Assembly: GCF_003992595.1 (NCBI RefSeq) | Contig: NZ_RZNA01000047.1 | Span: 167,870-189,541, forward strand | DNA length: 21,672 nt | Direction: 5' to 3' | Origin: Flagellimonas oceanensis | GTDB lineage: Bacteria > Bacteroidota > Bacteroidia > Flavobacteriales > Flavobacteriaceae | Shown here: piece after piece, positions 7,977-17,352 of the stretch | How the letters are laid out: each line of letters opens with the position of its first letter | How positions within the stretch are numbered: position 1 is the stretch's first letter | The notes under the pieces: model-generated | What the model was told of the DNA's origin: nothing | The model's database searches: none | Seen by the model: only the letters and a program-made list of their open reading frames with translations | Translations under genes and position numbers: made by a program

Positions 7977-9227
7977 ATGGGCATGAAAGAAAAATTACAT
8001 CAGTTGAAACTCAAGTATCAGGGCAAAAAAATGGCACCTGCCTTCAATGCACTGCATACTTTTCTTTATATGCCGAACGAGACCACCCATTCGGGGGCAC
8101 ACGTTCGAGCTGCAGATGATTTGAAACGTACCATGAACACAGTGATCTTGGCATTGGTGCCCTGCCTGTTGTTCGGGATGTTCAACGCAGGTTACCAGCA
8201 CTACTCCGCAATCAACGGTTTCCCAGAGAACTTTTCCCTTTTTGATCATTTCTTGACTTGGGATAATTTCTTGGTGGGAATCACGACCGTATTGCCATTG
8301 GTGATCGTATCCTACGGGGTTGGTTTGGCCATTGAGTTCTTGTTCGCTGTGATCAAAGGACACGAAGTAGAGGAGGGTTACTTGGTAACTGGAATGTTGG
8401 TGCCTTTGATTATTCCTGTGGATACACCACTTTGGATGTTGGCCATTGCCGTAGCCTTTGGTGTTGTGATTGGAAAAGAGGTCTTTGGAGGAACGGGAAT
8501 GAATATTTTGAACCCGGCATTGACCATTCGTGCCTTCTTGTTCTTTGCTTATCCAACTTGGATGAGTGGTGACAAGGTTTGGGTGCACGAAGGTGTGGAA
8601 AGAGCAGGAACTGCAGATGCCATATCAGGGGAAACCGTATTGGGTTCCTTGGCACAAGGTTCGGATTATGCATACTCACTGTCTGATATGTTCTATGGAT
8701 TTATTCCTGGTTCTGTGGGTGAAACATCCACTTTGTTGATTCTTTTGGGAGCGCTTTTCTTGATATTTTCAAAAATCGCCTCTTGGAGAATCATGGTAAG
8801 TGCAGTAGTAGGTGCATTGGCCATGGGGCTTATCTTCAATGGTATCGTGGATGCTGGATGGTTGCCCGAATACAGTAAGTTCTATACATTGATGAGCTTC
8901 CCTTATTGGCAGCATTTGTTGGTGGGCGGATTGGCCTTCGGTATCGTATTTATGGCCACTGACCCAGTAACCGGGTCACAGACCAATAAAGGTAAATGGT
9001 ACTACGGATTCTTTATCGGATTCCTTTCGGTAATGATCAGGGTGTTCAACCCAGGGTACCCGGAAGGTGTGTTCTTGGCAATCCTGTTAATGAACGTATT
9101 CGCACCGACCATTGACCACTACGTTGTGAAAGGTAACATCAAAAAGAGATTAAAACGATTTAAGACAGCAACCATATATCCAAAAGCTTCGGATGAGGTT
9201 GATTCACTAAAAACGGAAACAGCTTAA
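7977..9227 (+). CDS. nqrB: Na+-NQR subunit B
   Basis: Polytopic membrane protein. FMN-attachment region DAISGET and the C-terminal block FMATDPVTG. The track start at 7968 is TTG, and the first ATG at 7977 lies 1 nt after the nqrA stop. Confidence 0.93.
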   Translation: MGMKEKLHQLKLKYQGKKMAPAFNALHTFLYMPNETTHSGAHVRAADDLKRTMNTVILALVPCLLFGMFNAGYQHYSAINGFPENFSLFDHFLTWDNFLVGITTVLPLVIVSYGVGLAIEFLFAVIKGHEVEEGYLVTGMLVPLIIPVDTPLWMLAIAVAFGVVIGKEVFGGTGMNILNPALTIRAFLFFAYPTWMSGDKVWVHEGVERAGTADAISGETVLGSLAQGSDYAYSLSDMFYGFIPGSVGETSTLLILLGALFLIFSKIASWRIMVSAVVGALAMGLIFNGIVDAGWLPEYSKFYTLMSFPYWQHLLVGGLAFGIVFMATDPVTGSQTNKGKWYYGFFIGFLSVMIRVFNPGYPEGVFLAILLMNVFAPTIDHYVVKGNIKKRLKRFKTATIYPKASDEVDSLKTETA

Positions 9228-9229
9228 TT

Positions 9230-9979
9230 ATGGCAATCGATACAGAAAAAAATAGCTACACTGTAGTATTCGCAGTCTTAATGGTTGTTGTTGTAGGTTC
9301 GCTATTGGCATTCGTTGCATCTGGCCTTAAGCCAATGATCGATGAGAACGAGCGCTTCGAAAAGCAACAAAATATTCTATATGCCATGGGAGTCAATGAA
9401 AATGAAGGGGATGGCGACGTTTCATTTATTCCCACTACCGATGTGGAGGATGCATTCTCCCAATACATAACCCAACAATTGGTATTGGAGGGCACCGAGG
9501 CAACGGAAAAGGAGAATGCTTACTTGATCAATGTGGAGAAAGCATTGGCCAAAGCCAAGAGTGGTGAAAAAGCAGAGCTTCCCTTGTTGATTGGCGAAAA
9601 GGACGGAGAAAAGTTCTATATCATCCCTATGTACGGAAAAGGCCTTTGGGATGCAATTTGGGGATACATGTCAGTAGATGAAAACATGGAAATCAAAGGT
9701 GTTTATTTTGATCACCGGGGAGAAACTCCAGGACTTGGTGCCAATATCAAGCAACGATTTTTCATGGATGATTTCAAAGGGGAACTGGTTGTGGACGGCA
9801 ACACATATGTTGGTGTCGAGGTTGCCAAGGGAAACAACGACCCTTTGAACAACGACAAAGAAGATAATCAAGTGGATGCTTTGGCAGGAGCTACGATCAC
9901 AGGTAACGGGGTTACCGCAATGATCAAGGAAAGCCTGAAGCTATACAAACCTTATTTACAAACTATTAGATCCAATTAA
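9230..9979 (+). CDS. nqrC: Na+-NQR subunit C
   Basis: One N-terminal TM helix, the motif GLWD, and the flavinylation motif DALAGAT (Thr222). Confidence 0.9.
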   Translation: MAIDTEKNSYTVVFAVLMVVVVGSLLAFVASGLKPMIDENERFEKQQNILYAMGVNENEGDGDVSFIPTTDVEDAFSQYITQQLVLEGTEATEKENAYLINVEKALAKAKSGEKAELPLLIGEKDGEKFYIIPMYGKGLWDAIWGYMSVDENMEIKGVYFDHRGETPGLGANIKQRFFMDDFKGELVVDGNTYVGVEVAKGNNDPLNNDKEDNQVDALAGATITGNGVTAMIKESLKLYKPYLQTIRSN

Positions 9980-9980
9980 T

Positions 9981-10628
9981 ATGGCGCTACTATCAAAAAA
10001 AGATGCGAATCTGATAAAAGACCCGTTAGCGGACAACAACCCCATTACCATTCAGGTATTGGGAATCTGTTCGGCTTTGGCGATTACCGCGGAGCTTAAA
10101 GCTTCTGTGGTAATGGCAATATCCGTATTGTTCGTATTGGGTGTGGGTAATGTTGTCATATCGCTTATACGTAACATCATCCCCGCTAAAATCCGAATCA
10201 TTGTGCAGTTGGTCGTGGTTGCCTCCTTGGTGATCATCGTGGACCAGGTGCTTAAGGCCTTTGCCTATGAATTGAGCAAGACCCTCTCGGTATTCGTTGG
10301 ATTGATCATTACCAACTGTATCATCATGGGACGTTTTGAGGCTTTTGCTTTGGGTAACGGACCATGGAAATCCTTTTTGGACGGTATTGGTAACGCATTG
10401 GGATACGGTGTGATCCTTGTGATCGTTGGTTTCTTCAGGGAACTATTGGGTTCAGGAACACTTTTCGGAATGAAGGTATTGGGAGACCCTGTGACCAAAA
10501 CAGGTCTGTATTCCATCGGATATGAGAACAACGGCTTTATGATCATCCCCCCGGCGGCGTTGATCGTTGTGGGAATCATCATTTGGGTACAACGCTCTAG
10601 GAATAGAGAATTAATTGAAGAAGCATAA
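9981..10628 (+). CDS. nqrD: Na+-NQR subunit D
   Basis: 215-aa polytopic protein with NNPITIQVLGICSALA and ITNCIIMGR (conserved Fe-ligand Cys region). Confidence 0.93.
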   Translation: MALLSKKDANLIKDPLADNNPITIQVLGICSALAITAELKASVVMAISVLFVLGVGNVVISLIRNIIPAKIRIIVQLVVVASLVIIVDQVLKAFAYELSKTLSVFVGLIITNCIIMGRFEAFALGNGPWKSFLDGIGNALGYGVILVIVGFFRELLGSGTLFGMKVLGDPVTKTGLYSIGYENNGFMIIPPAALIVVGIIIWVQRSRNRELIEEA

Positions 10629-10639
10629 ACTGAGGAAGC

Positions 10640-11383
10640 ATGTTAGAGCATTTAGAACTATTTTTTAGATCAATCTTCGTAGACAATATGGTGTTTGCGG
10701 TCTTTTTGGGAATGTGTTCCTATCTGGCCGTATCCAAAAAAGTTTCCACCGCTGTAGGTTTGGGGGCCGCTGTAATATTCGTTTTGGGTGTTACCGTGCC
10801 ATTGAACTGGTTGTTGGACCAATATTTATTACAAGACGGAGCCTTGGCCTGGTTGGGCCCTGAGTATGCTGAGTACGACCTTAGCTTCCTTTCCTTTATC
10901 CTCTTCATTGCAACCATTGCGACCATGGTGCAGTTAGTGGAGATCGTAGTGGAAAAGTTTTCCCCATCACTTTATAACTCATTGGGTATTTTCTTGCCTT
11001 TGATCGCGGTAAACTGTGCCATCTTGGGAGGTTCGCTGTTTATGCAGACAAGGGAGATACCGGACATAGGCTTGGCGCTCAATTATGGTATCAGTTCCGG
11101 TATTGGATGGTTCTTGGCCATTTTGGCCATTGCCGCCATTCGTGAAAAAATCAGGTATTCCAATGTGCCGGCCCCATTGCGTGGTTTGGGAATCACATTT
11201 ATAATCACAGGCTTGATGGGAATCGGTTTCCAAAGTTTTGGAGGGATGTTGACAGGTGACAATGAGCCACCAGAAGAAACACAGACCACCACTGCTGAGA
11301 CCCAAAAAGAAGATAATGAAATCAAAAAGGAGATTGAGGATAAGGAAAAAGCAGTCTCTTATAACGACGCCTTAAACAAATAG
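10640..11383 (+). CDS. nqrE: Na+-NQR subunit E, with a 41-aa charged C-terminal tail
   Basis: FLGMCSYLAVSKK, IAVNCAILGG and REKIRYSNVPAPLRGLGITFI align by eye with Vibrio NqrE. The tail DNEPPEETQTTTAETQKEDNEIKKEIEDKEKAVSYNDALNK is extra. Confidence 0.93.
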   Translation: MLEHLELFFRSIFVDNMVFAVFLGMCSYLAVSKKVSTAVGLGAAVIFVLGVTVPLNWLLDQYLLQDGALAWLGPEYAEYDLSFLSFILFIATIATMVQLVEIVVEKFSPSLYNSLGIFLPLIAVNCAILGGSLFMQTREIPDIGLALNYGISSGIGWFLAILAIAAIREKIRYSNVPAPLRGLGITFIITGLMGIGFQSFGGMLTGDNEPPEETQTTTAETQKEDNEIKKEIEDKEKAVSYNDALNK

Positions 11384-11386
11384 AAG

Positions 11387-12697
11387 ATGATATTAGCCGC
11401 AAGTACCGGAGGTACTATCTTAATTACTGTAGTTGCATTTCTTGTTTTGTTGTTAGTGTTGGTGGCATTGTTGCTGTTCACTAAAGAAAAACTGTCACCG
11501 TCCGGACCTGTAACCATTAAAATAAATGGGGAAAAGGAATTGGAAGTGGGTTCTGGCGGAACATTGTTGTCCACCTTGGGTAACAAGAAAATATTCTTGC
11601 CATCTGCCTGTGGTGGAGGTGGAACCTGTATCCAATGTGAATGCCACGTGCTTTCAGGTGGTGGTGAGGCCTTGCCTACCGAAACGCCGCACTTTTCCAA
11701 GAGGGAATTGAGTGAGGGTGCACGCTTGGCCTGTCAGGTCAAGGTAAAGCAGGATATGGAAATCACCATTCCAGAAGAGGTGTTCGGTATCAAAAAATGG
11801 GAGGCCAAAGTAGTCCGTAATTATAACGTAGCCTCTTTCATCAAGGAATTCGTGGTGGAAATCCCAGAGGATATGGACTATAAAGCAGGTGGATACATTC
11901 AAATCGAGATTCCACCATGCGAAGTGAAATATTCCGACATTGATATCACGGCTCACCCAGAAGAGCACGAAACTCCGGATAAATTCCAGACAGAGTGGGA
12001 TAAATTCAACTTGTGGCCATTGGTGATGAAGAACCCGGAAACCGAGGAAAGAGCCTATTCCATGGCCTCTTATCCAGCGGAAGGAAGGGAAATCATGTTG
12101 AACGTTCGTATTGCGACCCCACCATGGGATCGTAATAAAAACGGATGGATGGATGTAAACCCAGGTATTGCCTCTTCCTACATCTTTAGTTTGAAGGAAG
12201 GTGATCCTGTAACCATTTCTGGACCGTTTGGTGAGTTCTTCATCAATGAGTCCGATGCGGAAATGCTTTACGTTGGTGGTGGTGCCGGAATGGCCCCCAT
12301 GCGTTCCCACTTGTACCATTTGTTCAAAACATTGAAGACCGATAGGAAAGTGACCTATTGGTATGGAGGACGTTCCAAGCGGGAGTTGTTCTACATCGAA
12401 CACTTTAAGGAATTGGAGCGGGAGTTCCCGAACTTTAAGTTCTATATGGCACTTTCAGAACCTCAAGAGGAGGATAACTGGAAAGTCAAGAAGGACATCA
12501 ATGATGAAGAAGGGGATGGATTCGTAGGGTTTATACATAACTGTGTTATCGATAACTACTTGAACCATCATGAAGCACCAGAGGATATTGAACTATACTT
12601 CTGTGGTCCACCGTTGATGAACAAAGCAGTGGAGAAAATGGGTCAGGATTTTGGTATTCCAGATGAGAATATCAGGTTCGATGACTTTGGAGGATAA
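11387..12697 (+). CDS. nqrF: Na+-NQR subunit F
   Basis: N-terminal TM helix, 2Fe-2S motif [15 protein letters not shown] motif RAYSMAS, NAD motif [13 protein letters not shown] and the C-terminal DDFGG. Confidence 0.95.
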   Translation: MILAASTGGTILITVVAFLVLLLVLVALLLFTKEKLSPSGPVTIKINGEKELEVGSGGTLLSTLGNKKIFLPSACGGGGTCIQCECHVLSGGGEALPTETPHFSKRELSEGARLACQVKVKQDMEITIPEEVFGIKKWEAKVVRNYNVASFIKEFVVEIPEDMDYKAGGYIQIEIPPCEVKYSDIDITAHPEEHETPDKFQTEWDKFNLWPLVMKNPETEERAYSMASYPAEGREIMLNVRIATPPWDRNKNGWMDVNPGIASSYIFSLKEGDPVTISGPFGEFFINESDAEMLYVGGGAGMAPMRSHLYHLFKTLKTDRKVTYWYGGRSKRELFYIEHFKELEREFPNFKFYMALSEPQEEDNWKVKKDINDEEGDGFVGFIHNCVIDNYLNHHEAPEDIELYFCGPPLMNKAVEKMGQDFGIPDENIRFDDFGG

Positions 12698-12750
12698 AAC
12701 CAAAATAGTTAATCACCTCGAGCATTGTCGAGAGGTATGAATAAAACCAA

Positions 12751-12777
12751 ACCGATGCTCATGCATCGGTTTTTTTG
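12751..12777 (+). terminator. rho-independent terminator after nqrF
   Basis: Perfect 8-bp stem ACCGATGC / GCATCGGT with loop TCAT, followed by TTTTTTG. Confidence 0.8.
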
Positions 12778-12783
12778 TTGCCT

Positions 12784-13143
12784 ATGGGAAGAGAACTGAC
12801 AGAACAGGAACTGCACAACTTGGCCATGAACATCGTGGGTCGCGAGCTGGAGGCCGATGGTTTTGAATTTATGGCCATCAACAGTAAGCTCAAGAAGAAC
12901 CCACAGTATGTATGCCTCAAGGAAAAAAAACTACATTTCATTGTGGTTAGGAATGTGGAGTTTCCCTTAAATCCAAGGGAGTACGATGAGGGGCTAATGC
13001 GCACTGTAAAGGACCATGCCGAGAAATTCGAGGCAAGGACCTATTTTGCAGGGGTAGGGTTGTCCAATGCATCGGACAGAACGGAACCCTTGTATTTGAA
13101 CGAGGAATATGTAGTGGATTATCAAGGTTTAATCGAAATTTAA
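12784..13143 (+). CDS. hypothetical soluble acidic protein (119 aa), spaced 1 nt from apbE
   Basis: The ATG at 12784 lies just past the terminator (the track start at 12775 is a TTG inside the T-tract). The stop at 13141-13143 is followed 1 nt later by the apbE ATG. No TM segment and one Cys. I do not recognise the family. Confidence 0.6.
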   Translation: MGRELTEQELHNLAMNIVGRELEADGFEFMAINSKLKKNPQYVCLKEKKLHFIVVRNVEFPLNPREYDEGLMRTVKDHAEKFEARTYFAGVGLSNASDRTEPLYLNEEYVVDYQGLIEI

Positions 13144-13144
13144 A

Positions 13145-14149
13145 ATGAAGCACAAAGTATTGTTATTGGGATTGGGCGTATTGTTTTTGGGCTGTACACC
13201 AAAGGAAAATGTCAAAAATCAAACTTGGGGGAATGCTTTGGGCACCACCTATTCCATTATTTACATTGCGGATGAGGAGTTGGATTATCAACAGGAGATA
13301 GATTCGGTTTTCCAAGTACTCAACCAATCGATGTCCACCTATATCCCTTCTTCAGATATATCCAAGATCAATGAAGGGGATTCCACCGTTGTTGTCGATG
13401 ATATGTTCAAAGAGGTGTTCGATGTTTCAAGTGAGGTCCATAAGGCGTCCAACGGCTATTTTGACCCTACCATAGGCGTTTTGGCCAATGCCTGGGGATT
13501 TGGACCGGGAGAACAGATAAAGCTCGATAGCCTTCGCGTGGACAGTTTGCTTGGCTATGTGGGATGGGATAAGGTAAAATTGAATTCCGATAACACCATA
13601 TCAAAGACGCATCCCTCCATCCGATTTGATTTCAACGCTGTGGCCAAAGGCTATGCCATTGACCGGTTAGGGGCCATGTTGGACGCAAGGGGCATCAAAA
13701 ATTATTTAGTAGAGGTTGGGGGTGAGGTGTTGGCCAAAGGCACCAATCTGGATTCGGGGAAACAATGGTCCGTGGGAATCGATGATCCCCAAGTGGAAAC
13801 AGGTCGCCAATTGAAACAGATCGTGTCCCTGGAGGATATGGCCATGGCCTCATCTGGAAACTACAGGAAGTTTCGGGTCGACCCAGAAACAGGGGAGAAG
13901 TATGTGCATACCATCAATCCCAAAACAGGATATACCAAAAATTCCAATGTTTTGGCAACAAGTGTAGTTGCCAAGACCTGTGCTGTTGCGGATGCCTATG
14001 CAACTTCGTTTATGGCGATGGATTTGGAGGATTCCAAACAAGTGCTCGAAAACCATGGCGAGTTGGAAGCTTATATCATCTATTTGGATGAAAATGGGGA
14101 GACCCAGGAGTTCTTCACTCCGGGTTTTGAAGCTTTGGTCAAGAACTGA
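13145..14149 (+). CDS. apbE: FAD:protein FMN transferase (ApbE family lipoprotein)
   Basis: Lipobox LFLGC. ApbE blocks FDPTIGVLANAWGFG, NAVAKGYAIDRL, MASSGNYRKF, HTINPKTGY and ADAYATSFMAM. Confidence 0.9.
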   Translation: MKHKVLLLGLGVLFLGCTPKENVKNQTWGNALGTTYSIIYIADEELDYQQEIDSVFQVLNQSMSTYIPSSDISKINEGDSTVVVDDMFKEVFDVSSEVHKASNGYFDPTIGVLANAWGFGPGEQIKLDSLRVDSLLGYVGWDKVKLNSDNTISKTHPSIRFDFNAVAKGYAIDRLGAMLDARGIKNYLVEVGGEVLAKGTNLDSGKQWSVGIDDPQVETGRQLKQIVSLEDMAMASSGNYRKFRVDPETGEKYVHTINPKTGYTKNSNVLATSVVAKTCAVADAYATSFMAMDLEDSKQVLENHGELEAYIIYLDENGETQEFFTPGFEALVKN

Positions 14150-14914
14150 TTATTTCCGAACCAAGGGAATGATCTCGCCTTTTGCCAAGCGGTATTTTTC
14201 AACATTATCCTTTGGAAGGGTGTTTGTGTAATCCACCTCTTCGACTGTGAAGCCCATGCTGCGAAGCTTATCGAAATAATCCCTTCCGTAGATGCGAACG
14301 TGATCGTACTGACCAAAAATACGGGCACGCTCTTTTCGGTCGGTAATGGTGTCATCCTCGAATGTTTTCTCCCTTTTCAGATCTTGCGGAATTTGAAATA
14401 TGCCCCATCCGCCCGGTTTCATGATGCGATACAGCTCTTGCATGGCCTTGGTGTCATCGGGGATGTGTTCCAATACGTGGTTGCACAGGATCACATCAAA
14501 GGAATCATCCTGAAAGGGTAAGTTGCAGATGTCCGCCTTTACATCCGCTAGGGGCGAATTGAGGTCGGTAGTGGTGTATTCCAAATTATCCAGCTTTTTA
14601 AAGCGCTTGTAAAAAGCCTGTTCGGGAGCAAAGTGGAGCAATTTTATAGGATTGTTGAAGAACTCTGTTTCATTTTTCAAATACAACCATAATAAGCGGT
14701 GCCGTTCCAAGGAAAGGGTGGAAGGGGATAGTACGTTCTCCCTAGGGCTCTCATACCCGTAGGGTAAAAAGCTTTTGAAGGATTTGCCGTCTATCGGGTC
14801 GGTAAACCTGTTTCCCTTTAGGGAAAAAGCAATCAACGGACGTACCCAATAGCTCATTTGAATGAGTAAGGGTCTTGGAACAAGATTTAGAAAGAACTTA
14901 AAGAGTCGTTTCAT
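14150..14914 (-). CDS. class I SAM-dependent methyltransferase (Methyltransf_11-like)
   Basis: DVILCNHVLEHIPDDTKAMQELYRIMKPGGWGIFQIP. ATG at 14914. Last gene of the minus-strand gpmI-map run. Confidence 0.75.
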   Translation of the reverse strand: MKRLFKFFLNLVPRPLLIQMSYWVRPLIAFSLKGNRFTDPIDGKSFKSFLPYGYESPRENVLSPSTLSLERHRLLWLYLKNETEFFNNPIKLLHFAPEQAFYKRFKKLDNLEYTTTDLNSPLADVKADICNLPFQDDSFDVILCNHVLEHIPDDTKAMQELYRIMKPGGWGIFQIPQDLKREKTFEDDTITDRKERARIFGQYDHVRIYGRDYFDKLRSMGFTVEEVDYTNTLPKDNVEKYRLAKGEIIPLVRK

Positions 14915-14946
14915 TTATGAGCTGCTTTCAACAGCTTTCGAAATTA

Positions 14947-15765
14947 TCAAAGCACCAATTTCTCGCTACGGAACTCATCTTCCTCGTCACTGCTAATCCC
15001 CAAAGCTTCGTAAATATATTGGAATGTGGACAATAGTTCCGGTTTTCCATCCACCAAGGCCACATCGTGTTCAAAATGGGCGCTTGGTTTACCGTCAGCG
15101 GTAAGTATGGTCCAACCGTCCCTTAGCTGTTTGATTCGTCTAGTGCCCATATTGATCATGGGCTCTATGGCCACAACTGTTCCGTTCACGAATTTTTTGC
15201 CACGTCCGCGCTTGCCGTAGTTGGGCATTTGGGGGTCTTCATGGAGCTCACGTCCCAAACCGTGGCCTACCAATTCACGCACTACACCATAGCCATGGTC
15301 TTCAGTGTATTTTTGAATGGCGTAGCCCACATCGCCGACGCGGTTGCCCAGTTTGAATTCCCTGATTCCTATATACAAGGATTCTTTCGTGACCTTGAGA
15401 AGTTTTTTGGTTTCCTCGGCTACTTCGCCTACTTCAAAGGTGTAGGCATGGTCGCCGTAAAACCCATCCTTTACCGCACCGCAATCCACGGATATGATAT
15501 CGCCGTCCTTTAAGGGTTCGTTGCCAGGTATTCCGTGCACCACTTGTGCATTGGGGCTCCAATTCAAGGTGTTGGGAAAATCGTACATCCCCAAAAAACC
15601 TGGTTCGGCACCTTGTTCCCGAATAAACTCTTCTGCCATTTTATCCAATTTGAGTGGATTGGCACCGGGTTTTATTTCCTTGGCCAACATGCCCAGGGTT
15701 TTGGATACTACCAACGCGCTCTGACGCATCAACTCGATTTCCTCAGCTGTTTTTACTTTAATCAT
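14947..15765 (-). CDS. map: type I methionine aminopeptidase
   Basis: DIISVDCGA, GHGLGRELHEDP, VAIEPMIN and HFEHDVAL. The track start at 15789 is TTG, so I trimmed to the ATG at 15765 (272 aa). Confidence 0.9.
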   Translation of the reverse strand: MIKVKTAEEIELMRQSALVVSKTLGMLAKEIKPGANPLKLDKMAEEFIREQGAEPGFLGMYDFPNTLNWSPNAQVVHGIPGNEPLKDGDIISVDCGAVKDGFYGDHAYTFEVGEVAEETKKLLKVTKESLYIGIREFKLGNRVGDVGYAIQKYTEDHGYGVVRELVGHGLGRELHEDPQMPNYGKRGRGKKFVNGTVVAIEPMINMGTRRIKQLRDGWTILTADGKPSAHFEHDVALVDGKPELLSTFQYIYEALGISSDEEDEFRSEKLVL

Positions 15766-15809
15766 AGCCGCAAAGATAGATGGATTCAAAGGATTTTAAG
15801 GTGTGTTGT

Positions 15810-17327
15810 TTATACCAATGGTTTCTGGGTCATCAATTCCGGTTGTGGAACGCCCAATAATTTAAGAATGGTAGGGGCAATGTCGCCCAATACACCACTT
15901 TTCACTTCTTTCACATCATTGTCCACCAAAATCAGCGGAACGGGATTGGTGGTGTGTGCCGTGTTGGGGCTGCCATCTGGATTGACCATGGTGTCGCAGT
16001 TACCGTGGTCGGCGATTACGATGGTGGAATAGCCATTCTCCAAGCCTGCCGTTATCACATCCTTGGCACATGCATCCACTGTTTCGCAAGCTTTGACGGC
16101 TGCTTCCATGACACCCGTGTGCCCAACCATATCCGGATTGGCAAAATTGAGGCAGACAAAATCGGCATCGCCCTTTTTCAATTCAGGGATGATGGCATCG
16201 CGAATGTCGTAAGCGCTCATTTCGGGCTGAAGATCGTAAGTGGCCACCTTTGGGGATGGACAAAGAATGCGTTGCTCCCCTTCAAAGGGTTCCTCACGTC
16301 CCCCGTTGAAGAAAAAGGTAACGTGGGGGTACTTTTCGGTTTCGGCGATTCTGATTTGCTTCTTGCCGTTTTTGGCAAGGGTCTCGCCCAAGGTATCCTT
16401 GATGTTTTCTTTGTTGAATATGATTTTGATGCCCTTGAAGGATTCATCATAATTCGTCATGGTAACATAGTACAGGTCCAATTTGTGCATGTTCTGCTCA
16501 TGGAAATCCTGTTGGCTCAAGGCTTGGGTCAATTCACGGCCGCGGTCGGTCCTGAAATTGAAGAAGATGATCACATCGCCATCCTTGATCTTTGCAACGG
16601 GCTCATTACTTTCATCGGTCAATACCAATGGTTTGATGAACTCATCGGTAACACCATCATCATAACTCTTTTGCATGGCCTCGCCGATATGCTGTGTTTT
16701 CTCGCCTTCTGCGTTCACTACAACATCGTAGGCCATTTTTACGCGTTCCCATCGTTTGTCACGGTCCATGGCGTAGTATCTTCCGATCACGGTCGCCAAT
16801 TGGGTCTTTTTGTCGGCGCAATAAGTATCAAGGTCCACCAAAAAGCCTTTGCCGCTTTTAGGGTCGACATCACGACCATCAGTAAATGCGTGTACATAAG
16901 AGTTTTCCACGCCACTTTCATCTGCGGCCTTGATCAATGCCTTGAGGTGGTCGATGTGGCTGTGTACACCACCATCGCTTACCAAACCTAAAAAATGGAC
17001 GGGTTTATGGTTCGCTTTGGCGTATTGAAATGCCTCTTGAAGCACTTTCTCATTTTTTAAGGTGTCTTCTTTTACGGCCTTGTTGATTTTTGCCAGGTCT
17101 TGGTACACGATTCTTCCAGCGCCCAAGTTCATGTGGCCCACTTCACTGTTTCCCATTTGCCCTTCGGGCAGACCGACGTTCATTCCATCGGTGTGCAGAT
17201 CGGCATCTGGGTATTTGGTATATAGCGAATCAATAAATGGGGTGTTGGCTTTTTCAATTGCCGAAACCTTTGGATCAGGGGATTTTCCCCAACCATCCAA
17301 AATCATTAGAATAACCTTTTTGTCCAT
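15810..17327 (-). CDS. gpmI: 2,3-bisphosphoglycerate-independent phosphoglycerate mutase
   Basis: LMILDGWG, GNSEVGHMNLGAGR, SDGGVHSH and ADHGNCD. 505 aa. Confidence 0.95.
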   Translation of the reverse strand: MDKKVILMILDGWGKSPDPKVSAIEKANTPFIDSLYTKYPDADLHTDGMNVGLPEGQMGNSEVGHMNLGAGRIVYQDLAKINKAVKEDTLKNEKVLQEAFQYAKANHKPVHFLGLVSDGGVHSHIDHLKALIKAADESGVENSYVHAFTDGRDVDPKSGKGFLVDLDTYCADKKTQLATVIGRYYAMDRDKRWERVKMAYDVVVNAEGEKTQHIGEAMQKSYDDGVTDEFIKPLVLTDESNEPVAKIKDGDVIIFFNFRTDRGRELTQALSQQDFHEQNMHKLDLYYVTMTNYDESFKGIKIIFNKENIKDTLGETLAKNGKKQIRIAETEKYPHVTFFFNGGREEPFEGEQRILCPSPKVATYDLQPEMSAYDIRDAIIPELKKGDADFVCLNFANPDMVGHTGVMEAAVKACETVDACAKDVITAGLENGYSTIVIADHGNCDTMVNPDGSPNTAHTTNPVPLILVDNDVKEVKSGVLGDIAPTILKLLGVPQPELMTQKPLV

Positions 17328-17344
17328 AGTGAAATATTGTACTA

Positions 17345-17352
17345 CAAAAATA
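17345..17352 (-). promoter_or_regulatory. candidate -7 promoter box (TATTTTTG on the minus strand) for gpmI
   Basis: Exact TAnnTTTG, 17 nt upstream of the gpmI ATG. Confidence 0.35.

Noticed and set aside
12759-13153. Minus-strand ORFs (81 aa and 68 aa) overlapping the 119-aa plus-strand ORF
   Set aside because: Their translations are Ser/Cys/Phe/Pro-rich with no start context. The plus-strand ORF has balanced composition, begins right after a terminator and is spaced 1 nt from apbE.
13145-14914. Search for an NqrM (DUF539-like: about 70 aa, one TM helix, four Cys) gene after apbE
   Set aside because: No such ORF is present on either strand, and apbE abuts a convergent methyltransferase. 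The 55-aa ORF at 18029-18196 has only two Cys and lies 4 kb away in a different operon, so I do not call it NqrM.
15954-16991. 345-aa plus-strand ORF, the longest unexplained ORF in the track
   Set aside because: It lies entirely antisense to gpmI, whose product carries unmistakable iPGM motifs. The antisense translation is compositionally odd (Gly/Val/His/Ile-rich, no recognisable motif). It is a shadow ORF.
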